Shown piece by piece: positions 30,949 through 43,876 of a stretch of 64,000 bases of DNA. Made by a program: the position numbers and the translations under genes. Below the pieces are notes generated by a model. That model made no database searches and was not told where the DNA came from. It saw only the letters and a program-made list of their open reading frames with translations. Where the stretch lies: NCBI GenBank assembly GCA_030704615.1, contig CM060731.1, positions 86,986,001-87,050,000 on the forward strand. The letters run 5' to 3'. The DNA is from Takakia lepidozioides (lineage: Eukaryota > Plantae > Bryophyta). Each line of letters begins with the position of its first letter. Within the stretch, counting starts at the first letter, position 1.

Positions 30949-33284
30949 CACACTACATATGTAGTGTGAATGCAGGGGGTAAAAATTCAAGTTTTTGTTT
31001 GGCATCAGGTTTCGGCACTACTACAAAGGGAGTGCCCTTCGTGCTAATGAAGGGGAGGAATTGTCCATAACTTGAGGTAATTCCATGGAAAAACTATGCT
31101 ATTGATCTGCCAAGAACAAAATATGGCTAAGTTATGACATGCACCTTTTTCATCCCTAGGATGAATGATTTTCATCTATGATGTTGAACCCTAGAAGCAG
31201 GATGTGAAATTCGAAGGGGAAGAGTGCGTGCATCTTTTCGCATTTGCTGCAGTGGTGTTGGCAGCACTGGATATCTGAGAAAGTTCCACCTACGCAAAGG
31301 GTATCAGCTTGCTTTAAAGAGAAACGTTAAGAGCTCCTGCTTGGCTTTCTGTGCAAGAAGAAGCGGTGCCGCCTTCTTCGTAAGCAATTATCAAACTTGA
31401 GGGATCAGGTTTGTGATAAGGGCGGTGCACCACTGTTGTCGCCATTGTCTTGATGAGCACATTAATGAGGAGATGGAGCGGCTCAGCAGGTGTTGGGGGA
31501 TGAGAAGTGCAGGCTGGTGTGTATAGCGCCTCAGGTTGTCTGTGATCAAATCTTGTAGCTGCTGTCTGTTTGAGAGCTTTAGGACCAGATCACTTTGCAA
31601 GGGAAGAGAGTAAGCATCTTTTCGCAGCTGCTGCAGTGGTGTTGGCAGCACAGGATATCTGAGAAAGTTCCACCTACGCAAAGGGTATCAGCTTGCTTTA
31701 AAGAGAAACGTTAAGAGCTCCTGCTTGGCTTTCTGTGCAAGAGGAAGCGGTGCCGCCTTCTGGTGTGTATGGCGCTTAAGCTATCTTTAATTAAGTTTTG
31801 TATTTGCTCTCTGTCTTAAGGGCCGTAGGACCAGATCACTTCATAGGGAAGAAATGCACATGTAGAAGGATAGGGTAGAGGTTGGCAGGCACAAGGATGT
31901 GCCAGCAGCTGAAGCAGAGCCATCATGCCTTAATGAGGACTGGAATCACGATAAGAAGAAACGTCGGAAATGGCTGACGAGGGAGATGACAAGGTGCCTT
32001 CTTGACAGGCAGACCCACCGCTTCAATGAGTATAAGACAGATAAGTTCGAAGAGTGTTGGCTTCCTTTTTTGGGCACTTAGGAATGACTGTGTGAAGTTT
32101 TTGGAACTGTCTCTTGTTTCTATAGAAAGGGACAGAAATGTGAGGAGTGGGGAGCTTTTGGAGAATGGAATGAAGGCACTGGAATTCAAACCAGGATGAT
32201 GTGGAGATGGATGCACCTGTTGTTTCACTGTCATTAGGAAAATGAGAGGGGACAGGGATATCTCATCTCAGGGTTAGGATGGTTGCTGTTGTTGTGTTCC
32301 TTTTCCTTATTTTTGTGTCTTCAGCCAGCAAAACAAGGCGGCCCTGGATGCTAGATCCTTGAGAAGGGATGATGTGGATGGGAAGGAAGGTCAATACTGT
32401 TTTGGGGTGTGGATCTGATTTGTAGAGGTGTTCCAAACATATGAATGACTGAAGTTCGCAGTTGAGGAGATGACAGGGGGTGTGATTTGAGATCTGTAGA
32501 AGGGTAGTGAAGCACCTTGACCAAACAGGATACACTTGGGGAAAGGTAGTGCAAGGACCAGTCACTGGAAAGAGAGAGAGAAAAAGACTGACAGAGGGGC
32601 AGATTATCTCTTGTGTGACCAAGGTTGACTTCAATGATGGATGCACTGGATGCCTGGCTGGATGTGCATTGCATTGCATCGTAGACGTGTTGTTGTGGAA
32701 AAGTGAGGGAATCACACACAAAGGAGAAAAAGAGAGTGAGAGAAAGAAAAAGTGAAAGAGGGAGAAAGGGTGATGAGAGATGGATAAAAAGGAGAGGTAA
32801 GGTCAAGAAGACATGAACCCTGAATGGTCAAACTAGTGGGCCTGTAGTCCATGGCAGATCTGAGTTGCCCATCCACCTAGACCGAGCTCTCATTACAAAT
32901 TGAAAGGGGCTTCCGACATGTTGCTGACTGAGGGAACTGCCCACAAGGGCAGTGTTTCATCACTGACATAGGGCTGATTGCATCGCTAAAGACATCATGG
33001 CAGCAGGGCTGGTGCTGTATCTGCAGGTAGAGGATGTTGAGTAAAAGGTGAAACCAAGAGTGAACGTACAACATTGGCTCCCCATCCATGTCTTCTCTTC
33101 CGCTGCGGCGTGGATGAGGATTGCTTGAACTCTGATCACGAAGGAGCTGAGGGAAACCCACAGCCAAGTGACGACAAGTGGACAGACTAGAACAACGTTT
33201 CTTTCTTTTGCTCCGCTTAGAATGGAGGGAAGCACAATTGGAATTATACAGAAGGGGATTCACGCCCCTTCTTTTCACACTACA
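30949..33284 (+). repeat. Element 2 3' repeat block: B1 (30949-30957), TA, A2, B2 (33276-33284)
   Basis: PPT followed by the perfect 20-bp palindrome CACACTACA-TA-TGTAGTGTG. Confidence 0.9.
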
Positions 33285-33288
33285 GAAT

Positions 33289-35122
33289 GTCAACAAGCTT
33301 TTGAGGAACTTACATTGTCAGTAACAACTACATCTATGCTGATTAACCCTCACTGGCATGTAGTATTTCATGTTCACTGTGATGCCTCAGGAGAAGCATT
33401 GGGAGCAGTATTAGCCCAAAATGTTACAGGAAACATAGATTCACCTGTGTATTATGCTAGCAGGTTGATGAATAGTGCTGAGAGGAACTATAGCACAACT
33501 GAAAGAGAAGCATTGGCAATGATTTATGCAGTCAAGAAATTCAGGCATTACCTATTGGGAAGAAAATTTATATTTTATGTGGATCATCAGGCTCTGATTT
33601 ATTTGGTGAACAAGCCTTTGATAAGTGGAAGGATAGTAAGGTGGTTAATAATCTTGCACGAGTTTGAGTTTGAAGTTGTTTACAAGCCTGGCCATTTGTA
33701 TCTTGTGGCAGATCACTTGTCATGCCTATCAACAGGAGAGCCCGCCACAGGAGTAGACGATCAACTACCTGATGCGAGTTTATTTGCAGTAGAGGTGCAG
33801 GGAAGTGCAGATGATTGGTTAGATTGGCAGTGGCCAATCAGATACTACCTTACTCATGGACAGTGCCTACCTAGTTATGGGAAGGAGTAGAGGAAGAGAA
33901 TAGCTATCAAGGCTTTACCCTATACTATGATAGGGGGCAGAATGTATAAGCTAGGACCTGATGGAGTACTTAAACGATGCTTGTACCACCATGAAGTAAA
34001 TAAAGTTTTGGAGGAAGTTCATAATGGAGTGGCTGGAGGTCATTTTGGAAAAGAGACTACCAGTAGAAATATACTACTTGCTGGTTACTGGTGGCCTACA
34101 TTGTTCAAGGATGTACACAAGTATTGTAAGAGTTGTGATGAGTGTCAGAGGCTAGGACCATTGCAGAGATCTGGGAAGATGGCTTTGCATCCTACGATGC
34201 CTACTGAACCATTTCAGAAATGGGGATTAGACTTTGTTGGACCAATTAACTCACCAGCCAGAAATACATAGAACAAGTATATAATCACAGCCACTGATTA
34301 TACTACAAAGTGGGTGGAAGCTAAAGCTCTGGGGGACAACACAGCTAAGTCCACAACAAGGTTCCTGTATGAGAACATACTTACAAGATTTGGCTGTCCC
34401 CTGGAATTTATCAGTGACCAGGGAAGTCACTTCATTAACGAGACCATAGAACTATTGACTAAAGAGTTCATGATTGTGCATAGGAAGAGTAAAACTTATT
34501 ACCCACAGGGTAATGGGCAGGCAGAGGCTACCAACAAAAAACTATGTACTATCTTGGCTAAGATAGTCGATGCAAACAAAACAGATTGGGATACAAAGCT
34601 GTTGACGGCTTTATGGTCATACATGACTTCATATAAAGTCACCACTAAGTATACACCATTCCAATTAGTTTATGGTATGGAAGCTTTACTTCCAGTGGAG
34701 TTCTTGTTACCTACCATGAGAACTGAATGGGGAAGGAGAATGGAATTGGAAGATTCAAAATTCAGATAAAGAGGAAGGGTCAATTTGATGAAGGTAAACT
34801 GAAAACTTTTAAGACGGGTGATTTGGTTCTGTGGTTGCAGAAGAAGGGGAAGATTAAGGCTTCTAAGCTTAAATCACCATGGAAAGGACCTTATGTCATA
34901 CAAAAGATGTATGATAACAACACCGCCATGTTACAAACCATTGACAAAGATATGCTGGGAAGAGTCAATGCCAATAAGTTGAAGGGATACAGTAGTATCC
35001 ACGACAAACCATTGCAGCACGATTTGCATATTGAAACACAAAAACAGTCACGGGCTGCACCGGTAATACCAACGGAGCCTGAAACACTTGTCGTAAAGCC
35101 GAATGTGTATGGCCTGAGCTGA
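33289..35122 (+). pseudogene. pol: Element 3 pol, RNase H and integrase part
   Basis: HCDAS, YYASR, VDHQAL, HNGVAGGHFG, CDEC, LDFVGP, SDQG, GQAEA, WKGPY. Several stops and a frameshift. Confidence 0.9.
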
Positions 35123-35146
35123 GAACACGGGTGTTCGCACAATTAT

Positions 35147-35310
35147 TACAGCCCACCACAACATCACACAACTTATCACAGCCCATCACAGCATCACACA
35201 GCCTATCACAGCCCACCACAGTGCCACACAGTCTATCACAGCCACCCACAGTGTCACACAGCCTATCACAGCTCGTCACAGTTTGACACAGCCTGTCACA
35301 ACCCCACACA
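35147..35310. repeat. (T)CACAGCC minisatellite in element 3 (also at 39755-39865)
   Basis: Tandem 10-nt units like those at 11590-12620. Confidence 0.75.
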
Positions 35311-35883
35311 ACCCACGCGGGTTACACAGTCCATAGGATCAGTGACAGGTGGCCGTGGGTTAACGTCCGAAAAGTGGCCGGCGGGTGAAAAGACAGCTTG
35401 GAAGTCAAACTCGGAGAGTGTGTCACGAGGACAGGGACAGACGGAGGTAGGTCTAGAAACGAACACGTGGTCGCCAGGGCGAAGCACACCGCAGTGCATA
35501 TATTGCAAAAGGGGTGTCATCATGCAAGAAGACAAACTGGGCCGTCAAAGTACCTACCCGGTATATCAACCCAAACTAATTGTGGGCCCATTAATGCATT
35601 CAGGGCAAGGGTAACGGAACCATTTACAAGTACAGAAAAGGGGGACTTTTGCCACATGTGCTGTCCTAGTGGACATTCCAGGGGGGGATGTCCACTGAGA
35701 GGAGATAAATTAAGAAGTTACCCAAGGAGGCAACATCCAATCACGAGCGAGAATTACATACAGGTGGTTTCCTCCAAGAAACAAGAACAAGAAATTAGCA
35801 GGGTTATGAGCGCAAAAGTCGGGGTGGTTCCGAATAACCAGTGTCTCGACAGGAGGGGCAATCAAAGCTATAGCTTTGTAGCT

Positions 35884-38800
35884 ATGGCGGAAATCACGGA
35901 TTACACATTAGCTTTACTTCTCACACAGTGGCGCAATGACGGACGGGTTGAGAGTACATTCTCTCTCACTCGATACTTGCAAGCCCCGCAGGCTTACACG
36001 CACTTACCCGTTCCATTTTGTGCCAACCATACTTTTATGCTTTGTGCCTTGCAAGCTTTCCTACAGCTGTTTCAAACAAGGCCTTTTTGTTTGTCTAGAA
36101 TGAAGAGAGTGAGGGGAATGGAGGATATCAGGGTGAAGAGCACCACGATTCTGCAGAAGCAAACAATTGCTGCACCACATGCAGTGCAGCTGCTGAGGGA
36201 GTTGCGATTGGAGGCAGTATATGATTCAATTTCTTCAGAACTTTGAGCCTCGGACGGGAGTTACCCAGGTGAGGGGAGTAGATATAGAAATTACTCCCCA
36301 GTACTTGCAGCAATTGTTTGATTTGCCATCGGGTCATGTGGATGTGGATGAGCACAGGGCAAGATTGCATATAGGGAATTTGTTCCAAGAAGGGAGTTTC
36401 TTTAAGACTCAAGGTTATACTTGCACCAAAGCCGAGTACCCAGGGCTCAGAGAAGTTGGCCAAATCTTGAACGTTCTGTTTGCCATGAAACAGAACCAAC
36501 AATATTTGAGCAGATTATTCACAGAGGAGATACTAAAAGCTTTGAGGGGAGAGGATGTAGCTTGGGCAGAGTTAATGTACAATGGTCTGGTGGAAGAGAT
36601 GAAGAGGTTACAGGGCACTGCTGCTAAGTCTCCAATCATTGTGTCTGGCCCAGTCATTGCCCAAATAATTCTTGACTCTTGCAAACTTGATGCGCGAGAA
36701 CGTAAAGAGATGGGAGTGTTTGAGGCAACAACTACTGCAATGGAGGAGCAGTGCTCTTCACATAGTGAGGGTGGACTGGAGGGGCAACACCAATCTAAGA
36801 GACAGAAGCAGAATATGACTGTAATGGTAGATCCACCGGCTTCAAGAAAACCGCAAGATGATGTTTCCATAGCTCCTGTGCAGGATGGGGCACAGCAGCA
36901 CAGAATGCTGTTATTATTGGAAGCACGACATTTGGAGAGGGAAGAAGAAGTCACTTTGGTACCACAGCCATCACAACCAGTTGACTCAGTTGTCTCAGAG
37001 GTTCCACAGTTAGTACATCCTGTGACACCAGAGCCTATTGCTCTGGATGGAGAAGGGTTGGACATTCCATCTACAGAGCAGGTCGTGGCAGAAATTGAGA
37101 AGGGTGATCTTCTCTATGAAAACTCTGGCATGGTAAGGGAACCAGTGGCACCATAGGTGCAGGGTTTGTCCAAGGAAATCCCTACTGTGCAAGTGGTTTC
37201 CAAACCTGTGGCGGAGGTTCCAGTAGTGGAATGTAGGAGCACTGCAGCACCTGTGGAGGAAGAGGTTGTTCAGGAAGAGGATATGGTGGGAACATGGCCT
37301 GAATGGTTGGTGAAACATCACATTGTGGAGGATCAGGGAGAACAACAACAAGTTCACCATGACGACCCATAGCAGGCCATGCTTATGAGTTCCATAAGCA
37401 GGACACTCAATTTGTTGGGCATTTATGGGAATCTACACAATTGGCAGTTTTGAGGGAGGAACTCAAGAAGGAGTTTGAGGCTAGAATTGCCACCGAGTGT
37501 GCAAACAAGGTAGATGAAGAGGCCAACCTCAAGTTGCAAAAAGAATTGGAGGACACAAAGGCTGCCTTGCAGTTGGCTAAGGGAGATTTGATTGAAGCAG
37601 GTTTCGAGCAGGACAAGTTGCATGAAGCACATAAGCAACAATTATACCAGTTGCAGGTGAAGCATGAGGGCAAGTTGCAGGAAATGAACGTGCTATATAC
37701 AGAGTTGGAGGCAGTTCATCAGAGAATGACCATACAGTGTGCTGCACTAACAACTGCTCTGGAGCAAACTGCATTAGAAGTTAACAAACAAGGGGAGGGA
37801 TGTACGATGGCAGAAGCTGAGATAATAGAGCAAGGGAAACTCATTGTTGATTTGAAGGCTAAAATCTGTCGCAATGAGGATACTTTCCAACAGTACAGTC
37901 AGGTTGAGGCTGACCAGGAGAGGTATATCGTGGAGTTGCAGCAAACACTCATGGTCAATAGAAATGAACTCTCTGTGGCTAACAAGGCTTGGAAGAAAGC
38001 CAATAATCTGGCTGCTGCCTATGCGGGCCTGGTTGAACCTCATGCGAAGCGCCTGGAGGCTTTACAGCAGCAGTTAGATGTGTACAGACTCAAGGAGGAG
38101 TAGACTCTCAGAGGTGCCACACATGACTTGGTGGATAATCACCTTATGCAGGTATGATTAGCACAAGGGCCGGTAGAAGGCAAAGCACCAAGGAAGCTCA
38201 CCCAATGAGAGATGAATGATATCAGATTGCAGGTACAAAACGTTACCACAACTACTATAGACAATGTCTAGAGTAGGATAGCGGAGTTACAGGATGATGT
38301 GGAAAGCCTCCAGACTCAAGTGGATGACCTGAGTTCAAATATTGACAAGAGAGTCTTTGTTCCTGAGGAGCAGCTGATGGCTACTTATTTGCATGCCATG
38401 ACTCTGATTTTTCAGTCTTCTTCGTAGGGGTGCAGGAGATGCTAGTGGTAGAAGGGCCAGTGGTGCCAATACCACAGCAGGTGCCTGTGCAAGTAGCTGA
38501 CCCAGTTGCTACTATGGCAAAGCCACAGCCTGAGGTTTGGGGGGATGCTGCTTTTAACCCACCTAGGACTCCTGGTGCACGGGAGTACAGTCGGGCTATG
38601 ATTATGTCCTTCAACCAAATTCCCATTGTGCTGGATTTGGCTTGGAAGGAATTTAGTCCTCCGCAGTCGTTGGCACATCATTACCAGATCATGCGCATTT
38701 GGTTGCCAATGGCAACTCGGACTAAGGTTCTTCCAAACAATCGACCCATTAAGGATCATCACTTTGCAAGGTATTGGTCTGAGGCAGGCACCATGCTGAA

Positions 38801-39560
38801 GGAATTAATTGTCTTCCAAGTTGTACATGGGTACATCTATACCAAGACCAAGGAGGTATCTAGTATTGTCATGGGCTGTGGATTATACTATGCTGCTTGT
38901 TTCATGGCACGTTTTCACATTGAGCAGCAGAAGATGCAATCACGATTTCTGAGCTATTCCAGTGGGGATCATTGGGTCTTATCTTCAGTGCCACCTCATA
39001 TGTACCTGTATGATGCAAAAGTTATGATGCAGAAGGATTCTCAACTTCATTCCTGGTTTAATTTGGCTTGAAACAACTTGACAATGGAGAAATTTGGCCC
39101 TGATGATATTTTCTATAAAGGACATGAAGCCTGGAAATACTTAACACTGTTCCAAAGTCATTGGCACACCTCTCACTTATACGGCTAAGGAGTTCAGGGC
39201 GTTCACTCATTTTGCTTGCATGCGCTTACAGCAAGTAGTACAGTTTAAGCTTCCAGACATGGTGGGCCAACATTGTATGCCATGTAGGATTCCGGAGAAG
39301 CCACTTAAAGTTCGTCCGTACTGGTTCTTCAGGGGATTCTTTTGACATGGCAGAGGACTATGCACTCCAGATGGCAGAGAAGAAACGACGGGGATCTCCT
39401 ATGCCTGAGCGGTTACCTCGTTATCAACCACAGGAGGGTCAGACATTTCCAGGTAGTACTCAATCGCCTCCATCAGCCAGTGACAGGGCTCGAGCTCGCA
39501 CATAGAGTCCTTCACGAGACTCTCACCGTCAGAAGGGTGTTCGCCACAACGGTTTGCTGA
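35884..39560 (+). pseudogene. Long extra ORF between pol and the PPT of element 3
   Basis: Fragments 36221-37156, 37441-38103 and 38430-39071. VRGVDIEIT..L..LFDLP resembles the extra ORFs of plant gypsy elements. Coiled coil. C-terminal domain shared with 16848-18719. Confidence 0.7.
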
Positions 39561-41829
39561 TCCTAAACAGTAAACCGTGAGGACACGACTTTTTGAGAGG
39601 GAGAGGGGTAATGTTAGAGGGCTTCTTGGGACTTAGACGCTTTTACGGGTTCTGTGGGGTACCCTTAATTTTGCGCAAACTTACGGATGGTAGACTGAGA
39701 CCAACATGAGCCTTAGGGGAGGCTTTAGGGGGGGTAGACAGCCAAACATAGCCAGTCACAACCCGTCACAGTCCAACACAACCAGTCACAGCCCGACACA
39801 GCTTTACACAGCCAAACACAGCTCGACACAGTCACAGCTCGACACAGCTTGGCACAGCCTGTCATAGCGTACATAGGGAACGGTTATCATGGACAGGGAA
39901 TGACTGTGTGGGAACGACATCTACAGAGGAAACATGTTACTTCAGGGGTGACAGTTAGTTAGTTAGGTGGTTAGAACATCTTGCGGATAGATTAGGCAGG
40001 GCGGCAACATGAGGGGGATCACTTCACGGGATCACTTCTTGGAGAGCGCGACTTGGTCAGGGAAAGAGGAGACGAAACGGAGAGCGGAAACAGTGAAGAG
40101 GAGAGGATGACTTGATTGAGGCTTAATTCATGCAAGCTGTAGAATCATACTGTAGGGTAGATTAGGGACACCATGGCAGAGGCCTGATACCTGATTAATC
40201 TTAATCTGATACTCAATCGATACAATCATACTGTGTAGAGAGATATGAGAGAAGCTATGGAATGAATGAATGCATGATTGAATAGAACTTGGTAGATACT
40301 GAAGCAATCTGATGCTTCAGTATATACAATAAGATAAATTGATAACATGAAGGCAAGAATGAATACAAATAGGAAGCACAACCATGATTCACTAACTGTA
40401 GGTCATGACTGATTGTTCTGAGCGGGCTGAGTGCTTAGAGATATCCAACTCTTCTATCTTGGAGTTTCCACCTCAGATAGCAAAGGGATGGGTGAGTAAA
40501 AGCCGCTCGACACACGTACTATAATCGTGTAGCCTCGGGACGAAGTCGTAGTGCGGTTTCAGCGTGTTCCCGTACCTCAGGCCAGCATTCCAAGGCGGAC
40601 CCAATTGTAGCGATTGGGGTGCATGGTTAGTTCAAGGATATCTTCCTAGTCAAAAAGGGTTCAAGGTGAACCCTTGCTCAAGGTGATGCCAAAAAGCGGC
40701 ATCATGAGCGGTCGCAAACAATGTTGTTGCAGTAAGGCGATTCGATCCTCGGGGAGGATCATTCCTTGGCCTTGAAAAGGGCCAAGAAGAGTGCACTGGG
40801 TGGAGCTTGAGAAGCTCCACCCTTGGCCGGGACTTGGATGAAGTCGGCCGAACTAGCTAGTGGAGAGTAGAGTCAAGTGGGGGTTTGGTTCTTTGCCATG
40901 GGACGCCATGGTACGGAAACAAACTCCTTGATGTGGGACGCCACAACTTGGATGTTAGTTTCCACAAAAAGGGACAAGTCAATGAGGACATCGACTCCTC
41001 ATTTGTAGGGGTGTGTGTCGCGACCCTTTGCCTTGAGGGCGGGGGGTCGGGACACAAGAAGGGCTGCCCCTATGGTGAGGGCAGCGGCAGCAAATCGGAA
41101 AGGGGGCTGAAGCACCCTTGAGTGCCGAAGGCACTCAAGGAGGCGGTGGCGCTCACTAGGTGGGCAAACCGGGTGGCAGTGGTGGGGGCTCCACGAGGGG
41201 TGGTGGTAGCGTTGGGAGTAGTAACCCCGAGAACGGCCATCGCCTTCGAGCATAGGGCACGTGCCTGAGGAACATAACGAGCCATCTGTAGTAACGCAGT
41301 ACAACATACCCATTGTGGAGACAAGAGTGTCGGAGTCACAGTGGAGAATTGCAAGGACATTGCCGGCATTTCGAGGGAAGTGCTGCGCAATCCGGATGGA
41401 TACAAGAGCACGTTGTGGTGAGATGATTCGGAGGAACCCACACGGTGTTGTACCTGCACCTTGTTTCGACCACCAGCGACAGCGACAGATTTTTGACTCC
41501 CAGATTTTCTCACGCCACAACGCAGATGTTTTGGTTCTGTAGGCATGACATAATGACTTGTGTATTTGGCAAGCCCAAGCACGGGATTCAGGGAATGCCA
41601 GAGCCTCCAGGCGTCTGGCCTATTGCACCGAGTTGCAACCTCTCTCAGAATGAGGCGGATGCTCTTTCTGCAGCAGGATTTTGAATGGTGCAACGCACAG
41701 ACGTCCCGACCCACCTATTTCCAGTTCCTCAGACCTAGCCATTGCAGACTGCGAGGTCCAGTAGAGACGGATTGGACAATTTTGCACATCCCACGATGCG
41801 ATTCGGAAGAGTGAAGAGACGACACCCTC

Positions 41830-42800
41830 CCAACAAGTTGAATGAGACTCGGATTGCCAATGCTCTTGGGATGGCTTGCACTATTCAGAGCTCCGTGGAC
41901 GTACCCGCACCCGGCCTTGGGCGTTGTTTATTGGATGGCAACGGCCGGTTCAGCTGTACCAGATTGTTACTGGGTTCAGCCAATTTCAATCACAAATGGA
42001 ATAGAAAATGGAGCATCGTTCTTAATGCTAGAATTCAATGGAAACAGGTCTGGAAGGATATCTGGCGCAAGGATAGGACATCTAAAGTCTCAACCTTCTT
42101 ATGGAAATTAGCTAACAGGATTCTACCAATGGCAACCCGTTGGCAACAAGAGTTTGGAGATTAATGGCAGCCTTTTATTCTAATTGGTCGCCAGTGGGCT
42201 GTCCATCACCTCTACTGCTGCTCGGAATGGGGCCAAGGCCACCTGTGGAGCTCTTGCCCAGTGTGGTCTTGCATCCAGGCTCATACGTTGTGGTCTCTTT
42301 CGAAGTCCACGTGTTCATAGGTTCGAGGGCAAGTGCCCCAGCATCAGATCATTGTTGCATAAATTTTTTGCAGATCTGATGACTGAGGGGTTCAAAACGT
42401 GGGGGTCTTTGCTTGCAACATGTGACAGGTGCAGTGAGAGGAGGCGGCACCAGCTCATTGCTTCCTTTGACCTCTCCTGGGGGAAGGATCATATCCTCTG
42501 CACCAGAACTTCAGATTCAACCATTACCTGGCACTATGTCCTCCCCGATCAATGGCAAATCCCTGATGGGCTCTGCGGATGCAGAAGTCAACTGGAGGCA
42601 CCGGAAGCAACGAATCCCGAGGGCCAAGACGCAGCTGGATTTCATAGCAGATGCCTGCTAGATCATTCTGGTCCTTTGGAGTGCTTCAGGGTGTCACAGA
42701 TTGCAGGGGTCTTTGTTACACCTCTTTGTTTCGGTTCATTGTCTCCATGTGATGGGTTTCCTCTTCTAGCATTGGAGGTTAGGCTTGCTTAGTCACTGGT
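41830..42800 (+). mobile_element. L1-like LINE ORF2 3' fragment (zf-RVT region)
   Basis: WKQVWKDIW...KVSTFLWKLANRILP. Its C-terminus is similar to 63346-63792. Confidence 0.7.
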
Positions 42801-43459
42801 CTGTCTGTCCTTTGGCTTAGGCATTGGCATCATTTTGGGGTGAGCAGCCCGTTCTTCCGAGTCTGCCATTCAGTCATCCTCGACACTTCATCTGTCTGCC
42901 TGTTATCAACTCATCTCCCTCTCGGATCTCTCTGGCCAAGCTTGGCTGTTGGTTTCCTAGTTTTTGGCTTTGTCTGAATCTCTTTTCAACTAGAGCTAAT
43001 ATCTCCAGCGTTGTGTCGCTGGGTATTCTTCGGACTTAATCTTTCTCTATTTGTTAGTCTCCGGGTTGTTCCCCATGCGCTCATGCCTTCACGGTCCCCA
43101 GAGGTTATTTTTTCCTCTTGTATCTCTCTCCATTTAATAAATATTCCAGGGCCTAACCCCCTGTTCTCCAAAAAAATAAAAAATCCAATTCTAACTACCC
43201 AATTATTCATCCCATTTGGCATCCAATTAATAATCGAATTCTAAGTCTAGCTTACAATTTATCATCCAATTTTATTTTGTCCATCCCTAATTTCTCATCC
43301 AATTCTACCCAATTTACATCCAATTGGATGATTTTGCAATTTTACTCAATAAAAGCCCAAATAATTCTATATTCAGATTTCAATGTCTTCTACTTAGCTT
43401 TCTAAACATCGTTCTAACCAAATAGAAAAATAACTATTATTCTACAAACCTTCTAACCC

Positions 43460-43852
43460 CCCTTGTGGAATGGCTCGCAAACAATGCATTTTTTGGATCT
43501 TGGGGCGACCTCTAGCAGAGCTGGATTTTGACCCTATGGAATGGTCTTGGAAATTCACTAGGTCACCATAGCTTTTCTTTAGCTACACTACCAAAAAGGG
43601 CTACATGGCACTCTCTAACTTTCAATGCTTGAAGAACAAATGGGAAGCCCGATGGGAACTCTATGGATTTCTAAACAAAAACTGGTCTACTATCTGGGGC
43701 TCTGTTTGGATTAAAACACGCCCGGCGAAGATTGTAGCGTTTCTTTGGCAGGTGGTCAATATTGTGCTTAAAGTGGGTGATTGGCTACAATTCCAGGAAA
43801 CACTCCTTTGTGACTGTTGTGCAGCAGGTATCATGGAGTCTATAGAGCATTG
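43460..43852 (+). mobile_element. L1-like LINE fragment (zf-RVT)
   Basis: WSTIWGSVW...KIVAFLWQVVN...CDCC...ESIEHC. Confidence 0.7.
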
Positions 43853-43876
43853 TAGACAAATTTGTCTATAGAGCAT

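Larger units (their letters stand above)
24363..33284 (+). mobile_element. Element 2: RT-less Ty3/gypsy element with split/permuted LTRs, nested in element 3 pol
   Basis: TGTAGTGTG...CACACTACA termini, TSD GAAT (24359-24362 and 33285-33288), iMet PBS at 25977, PPT at 30937-30948. Confidence 0.95.
22949..40720 (+). mobile_element. Element 3: degenerate Ty3/gypsy element (5'-truncated at the CACTA end), interrupted by element 2, with a long extra 3' ORF
   Basis: RT at 23393-24362 (FLDD), RH and IN at 33289-35122. PPT GAGAGGGAGAGGGG at 39595-39608. LTR starts TGTTAG at 39612; its 3' end is approximate. Confidence 0.8.

Noticed and set aside
30949-30968. Mini-CACTA element (CACTACA...TGTAGTG)
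   Set aside because: The two halves are the termini of element 2, and there is no 3-bp TSD.
39595-39625. Permuted LTR in element 3
   Set aside because: The PPT is followed within 3 nt by TGTTAG with no B segment, so it looks canonical. The 5' LTR is missing, so this cannot be fully tested.
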